From: Octopus bimaculoides
Taxonomy: Eukaryota
Length of the DNA stretch: 38,503 nt
Direction of reading: 5' to 3'
Assembly (NCBI RefSeq): GCF_001194135.2
Contig: NC_068985.1
Coordinates: forward strand, 50,429,020 to 50,467,522
A model generated the notes under the pieces. It had not been told where the DNA came from, searched no databases, and saw only the letters and a list, made by a program, of their open reading frames with translations. Position numbers and translations under genes: made by a program. Positions 33,666-38,503 of this stretch are shown one piece after another; positions within the stretch are counted from its first letter, which is position 1; each line of letters begins with the position of its first letter.

Positions 33666-33754
33666 TGACTAGCTCTAATCCTCTTTTGTCTTGTGGGGGG
33701 GGGGGTCGAGTAAATTGACCTCAGTACTTACTTTGGAAGGCTGCCTCTTATTTT

Positions 33755-35997
33755 TATTATTCAAGACATCGCACAGAATCCAATATCGTGATGTTGTTGA
33801 TTGAAGGTATTGTGTCTACCGGGGGTTTGTACTGTCTGTCAAGTCACAGCAGGGACCGCAGGCAGACAATACTTTAGGCAATATATATGCAGTTTTTTGC
33901 AATACACCTAAATTGTAGGGTATTTCTAAAGTTTCCAGTTGGTTCTTCAGGTTGGGTGGTATTGAACCAAATGCTCCAATGACAATAGGGACAACCTTTA
34001 TGCTTGACTCTCGTAGCTGCCACATCTTGGCGATCTCAATTCTCAGGTCTCCATATTTATCAATCTTTTCTCTTTCTTTCATATGTTGATCTCTTGGCAC
34101 TGCCACGTCGATTATTAGGCTCTCTTGTTTGTCCCTCCTAAAGGTTACTATATCCGGCTTTCGGGTGCTCTAACACCTCGTCTGCCTGGAAGTCAAAGTC
34201 CGAGAGGAATTTTGCCTTCTTTTTGTCCATTATCTTTACCGGTGTATGTTGGTACCAAACACCTGTTAACTCGTATCTCTAATTCCGGCATAGTAGCCAG
34301 TGATGGTTTGGGGTTACTTTGTCGTGTCTACTCTTGAACTCTGCGCAAGGCTTTCACAAGGGGTTTCTTCTCTCTCGCTGGCTGTTCATGATCGGAACTC
34401 ATGAGCTCTCTGAAGTCCATTTTTGGGAAGTTCATCTGCATTAGCAGCATACTGTAGCAGGTCTTTGTTGTTTACAAAATATTCTGCCATGTTTCTTCTT
34501 TCACCGTTGATGCACTCCAGTACACTTATCAGCTCACGTCCACCTTTACACTTCTTCATGTAGAGCCTGTGTACATTCATCTTAAAGTGGAAGGCACCAT
34601 GCATTGTCATTGTATTTCGGGTAGTGCAATCGAGTTGGTTAACCTCCACTCGTGTCCATTTCAGGATAGGTGCACTATAGCGGATTACAGCAACAGCCCA
34701 TATGTTGACGGCGGTCACAAGTTTCCTTGAGTTGAGTTTTGATTTCAAGAGAAGTTTGAGGCGCTTGAAATATGCAGTGATGACCTTGTCTTTCATTTCA
34801 CTGTGCAAGATATTGTCCAGCTCCAGGATCCCAAGATACTTGTACCCACCATCATCCGGGTCTTCTATTCTCTCTCCGTTTGGCAATTCTCTGTCCTTAC
34901 AATCTGATCTTTTCCCCCGTTTCAAAGTGAGCACTGCACACTCCCTGACACCGAATTTGAACCCTATATCCTTGCTGCACATCTGGACAGTCTCAATCAG
35001 GCACTCCACTTCAGGATCTCTTTTTGAGAACATATTTAAATCATCCCTAAAGAGAAGATGGTTGAGACGGGGTCCATTCTTTCTCAGCTCATTGCACGTT
35101 GACTTTGCGTAGGACAACAGAAAGTGGGATCATGGCTATAATAAATAAACAAAGGTGAACAAGAATCTCACTGGAAAACACCTCTCTTAATTGTTACCTC
35201 GGCAAAGTACTGGTTATTACAGAAAAGACGTGTTTTCAAACTAGGCATGCAGTTCTTAATCAGTGTACACATGCTCTCAGCTATTCCATACATGTCGAGT
35301 GTTTCCAAAATCCATGAATGCGGCAATCTATCGTAAGCCTTTTTAAAGTTTATCCAGGCTATGCACAAGTTTTTTTTTGGTACCGTTTACTGTTCTTCAT
35401 TACAACCTTGTCTATCACAAGGTTTTCTTTAGTGCCCTTGGATCCTTTTCGGCATCCCTTTTGTTCTACTGCAAGTAGATTGTTTTCTGCAAGGAGCGTA
35501 TATATTTTTCCTGCGAGGATGCGGTTAACACTTTCCACAGGAGGTTAAGACAAGCAATGGATCGGTAATTGCCAACCTCATTGCCCTCCGACCGACCTCT
35601 CATCAACAATGTTGTTTTCCCCTTTATAATCCACTCCGGATCTGCACCACTCTGTAGGCAACTGTCTACTTGCAACACAATTTGCTTGTGTGTTGACCTA
35701 AACCACATGAACCAGTAGCCTTGAATTCTGTCTGGTCTTGCCACTTTCCAGTTTGGCAGTTTTGATTCTTGTGCAATTACATCTCCCATTGTTATGCGCA
35801 CATAGTTTTGTTATGGAGCCTCCCAGTGATGGAGTTCGGATCTCACGGAATGTATCCACTCAACACACTGGTTGTGGGAAACTTCTTGCCTCCAGATGCC
35901 GAGTTTCCTCTGCTTCAGGGGGTATAATATCTTCTGTATCTCCTTCTAAGCTCTAAAACAAACTGCCTCTGGTTATTTGAGAATCACCGGTTTTGCT
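33755..35997 (-). mobile_element. R4/Dong-type non-LTR retrotransposon, 5'-truncated (RT + RLE), decayed
   Basis: PNWKV.RPD.IQGYW; GNYRSIACLNLLWK; FKKAYDRLPHSW; LNHLLFRDDL (YMDD box); GYKYLGI; EFKSRHDKV; LIIDVAVP...EKIDKY.DL..EI..MW...VVPIVIGA.G. The 5' end abuts (AAT)n. Confidence 0.92.
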
Positions 35998-36167
<170 letters not shown>

Positions 36168-36580
36168 TATGTTTGACTTTTGCTTTGCATTTGTACAAGT
36201 TGGATCCAAGTNNNNNNNNNNNNNNNNNNNNNNNNNNNNNNNNNNNNNNNNNNNNNNNNNNNNNNNNNNNNNNNNNNNNNNNNNNNNNNNNNNNNNNNNN
36301 NNNNNNNNNNNNNNNNNNNNNNNNNNNNNNNNNNNNNNNNNNNNNNNNNNNNNNNNNNNNNNNNNNNNNNNNNNNNNNNNNNNNNNNNNNNNNNNNNNNN
36401 NNNNNNNNNNNNNNNNNNNNNNNNNNNNNNNNNNNNNNNNNNNNNNNNNNNNNNNNNNNNNNNNNNNNNNNNNNNNNNNNNNNNNNNNNNNNNNNACAGA
36501 TACGTTTATATCGATTGGGACAGTCATATCAATGAGGAGGCATGATTTTTGTCTGAAGTCTTTCAGTATGATGTCTGGCC
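36168..36580 (-). mobile_element. Short 5'-truncated R4/Dong-type copy spanning the gap
   Basis: RPDIILKDFRQKSCLLIDMTVPIDINVS (RLE motif) right of the gap; 3' end ACTTGGATCCAACTTGTACAAATGCAAAGCAAAAGTCAAACAT + (AAT)n left of the gap. Confidence 0.8.
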
Positions 36581-36590
36581 TATTATTATT

Positions 36591-36677
<87 letters not shown>

Positions 36678-36900
36678 TAAGGTGTCGAGCAGACAGAATC
36701 ATTAGCTCGCCGGGCGAAATGCTTAGCGGTATTTCGCCCCTCACTACATTCTGAGTTCAAATTCTGCCGAGGTCGACTTTGCCTTTCATCCTTTCGGGGT
36801 CGATAAATTAAGTACCAGTGAAACACTGGATTCGATGAAATCGATTATCCCCCTCCTCCAAATTTCAAGCCTTGTACCTATTGTAGAAAGGATTATTATT
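36678..36900 (+). mobile_element. SINE family 1 copy (first of tandem pair)
   Basis: CAGAATC..TAGC head, GAGTTCAAATTC B-box, GCCTTTCATCCTTTCGGGGTCGATAAATTAAGTACCAG core, ATT tail. Confidence 0.92.
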
Positions 36901-37125
36901 AAGGCGGCGAGCTGGCAGAATCGCTAGCACCCCAGGCAAAATGCCCAACAGTATTTCGCCCGTCTTTACGTTCCGAGTTCAAATTCCGCCGAGGTCGGCT
37001 TTGCATTTCATCCTTTCGGGGTCGATATATTAAGTACCAGTTGAACACTGGGATCGATCTAATTGACTCATCTCCTCCTCCAAAACTGCTGCCCTGTGGC
37101 AAAATTTGAAAACATTACTATTATC
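36901..37125 (+). mobile_element. SINE family 1 copy (second of tandem pair)
   Basis: AAGGCGGCGAGCTGGCAGAATCG head directly after the previous copy's ATTATTATT tail; same core. Confidence 0.92.
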
Positions 37126-37129
37126 ATCA

Positions 37130-37174
<45 letters not shown>

Positions 37175-38089
37175 CGTACACATATATACCACACACATAT
37201 ACAAATACAAACATGCTTGCATGCACGCGCGCGCGCATATTCTTTCGACCTGCTTAAAGTATCAAAGAAATCTCATTCGAAAGACACTCTTCTGATTTCA
37301 CAAAAAGACGGAGTTGAATAAATTTGTGTTAGAAAATGCTTCAAAAATGATGAAATGGTCACGGCTGGAACGCGTTTTATACGCGCGCTCGATCAGAAAT
37401 GACCCAGCTTAAACAACGACAATAACAATGATGAATTCCTTCCTTTCTAAACCTGTCCATAAAACAAGTCAAGGCACACGCTTAGGCAAACACGTGTGTG
37501 TGTGTGTGCAAGCATTCATGCGTGTGTGTGCGTGTGCGTGTGTTATGCACGTGCTTGTGTTTTGATCTTATTGAGCTGTTCATAACTTAAATGGTTAGTT
37601 TTCGTATGAATGATTACATTGAGAAGATAAATTAGTTGTGACAGTTCACATTACTTGAGACACTGTGACACCGAAATAATTGCAGCCTTAAGAGCACGTG
37701 TGTTCAAGATATACTTGAGATAGAAAGCTGAACTGCGACTGAGAATTATAGTAAGTTTTAATTTGTTTTAATTAATTTATATTTCTGTTGATGTCATCGT
37801 CTTTCTTGATCTGAATTAATCATCATGCTGATGACTTTATGCTAATAGATTTTTTTTTATCTCTTTCTCATTAAGGGTGTGATTTTAATTAATTATTATG
37901 TTAGCTCAATCTTAACTAATAAACTATAGTAATGTTCATTGTAAAATTACTATAGGTCTTGTCTGTTATAAGAGATATACACTGGTCGAGAAGTGCGATT
38001 CGGTAATATTAAAATATTGTAGCAAGGAAGTGATAAGAATGATTGTAGAAACATGCAAATAAAATGATTCTGAAAACTTTGGATATATA

Positions 38090-38333
38090 TATTAGAAGAC
38101 ACAACATATTATGAAAAGGTCCAGCACTACTGTCAGCAGAAAATAATGAGAAACTTAAAATCCATGTTAAACCTATACAGAAAAGGGCTCGCCGACAAGG
38201 AATACGACTATTTGACCAATTTCAAAAGTAAATCCAGTCAATTCTACAGTATTTCCAAGATACACAAAAGTGAGAAAATAAGTAACGACACAGACATAAT
38301 AATCAATGTCCCTACTTCTAATGACCTCATATT
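38090..38333 (+). mobile_element. Penelope-like RT-proximal fragment
   Basis: LEDTTYYEKV...DYLTNFKSKSSQFYSISKIHKS...NDLILR corresponds to the PLE FY.LPKIHK...LRPI motif just upstream of the RT core. Confidence 0.75.
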
Positions 38334-38503
38334 GAGACAGAGACAGGCAGAAAAAAGGAAAACGTCTCTTGCATTTGAAAACTATGGAAATATATTTTTT
38401 TAAAAAGACATTTCATTTAATTTTTCCACAATTTAATTGTTTTTCATACTTTACTCTAAGTTGGAAAAGTCGCAATGACTGGATAAAATTATTTTAGCAT
38501 TTT
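38334..38503 (+). repeat. Dispersed repeat, copy 2 (copy 1 at 563-751)
   Basis: Same orientation; lacks a ~26-bp internal segment present in copy 1 and carries a small insertion. Confidence 0.9.

Overview
Repeat-saturated, AT-rich eukaryotic genomic DNA from a gapped draft assembly (10 N-runs). The SINE, LINE and microsatellite content looks like a coleoid cephalopod, most likely Octopus; this is inferred from recalled family resemblance, with no database search run. No intact host protein-coding gene, rRNA, tRNA or CRISPR array is supportable, and most ORFs in the track are microsatellite translations. The window holds decayed mobile elements: two RT-deleted Tx1/L1-type LINEs, four R4/Dong-type RLE LINE pieces, RTE and CR1/L2 3' ends, Penelope-like (PLE) fragments, four Tc1/mariner remnants, a candidate full-length non-autonomous Helitron plus other Helitron/Helentron-like pieces, about ten tRNA-derived SINEs, and MITE/fold-back-like inverted repeats. 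Highlights: (1) three distinct hammerhead-ribozyme motifs, at 77-118 (-), 1156-1239 (-) and 22329-22374 (+), of the minimal type I, short or palindromic stem III kind known from PLEs; (2) a Tx1-like LINE bounded by an exact 19-bp near-palindromic target-site duplication (1331-1349 / 4513-4531), with a second, divergent Tx1-like LINE ending at essentially the same site about 90 bp from a hammerhead, suggesting a site-specific LINE family that may target a ribozyme-bearing repeat; (3) R4/Dong copies stacked in (AAT)n tracts.
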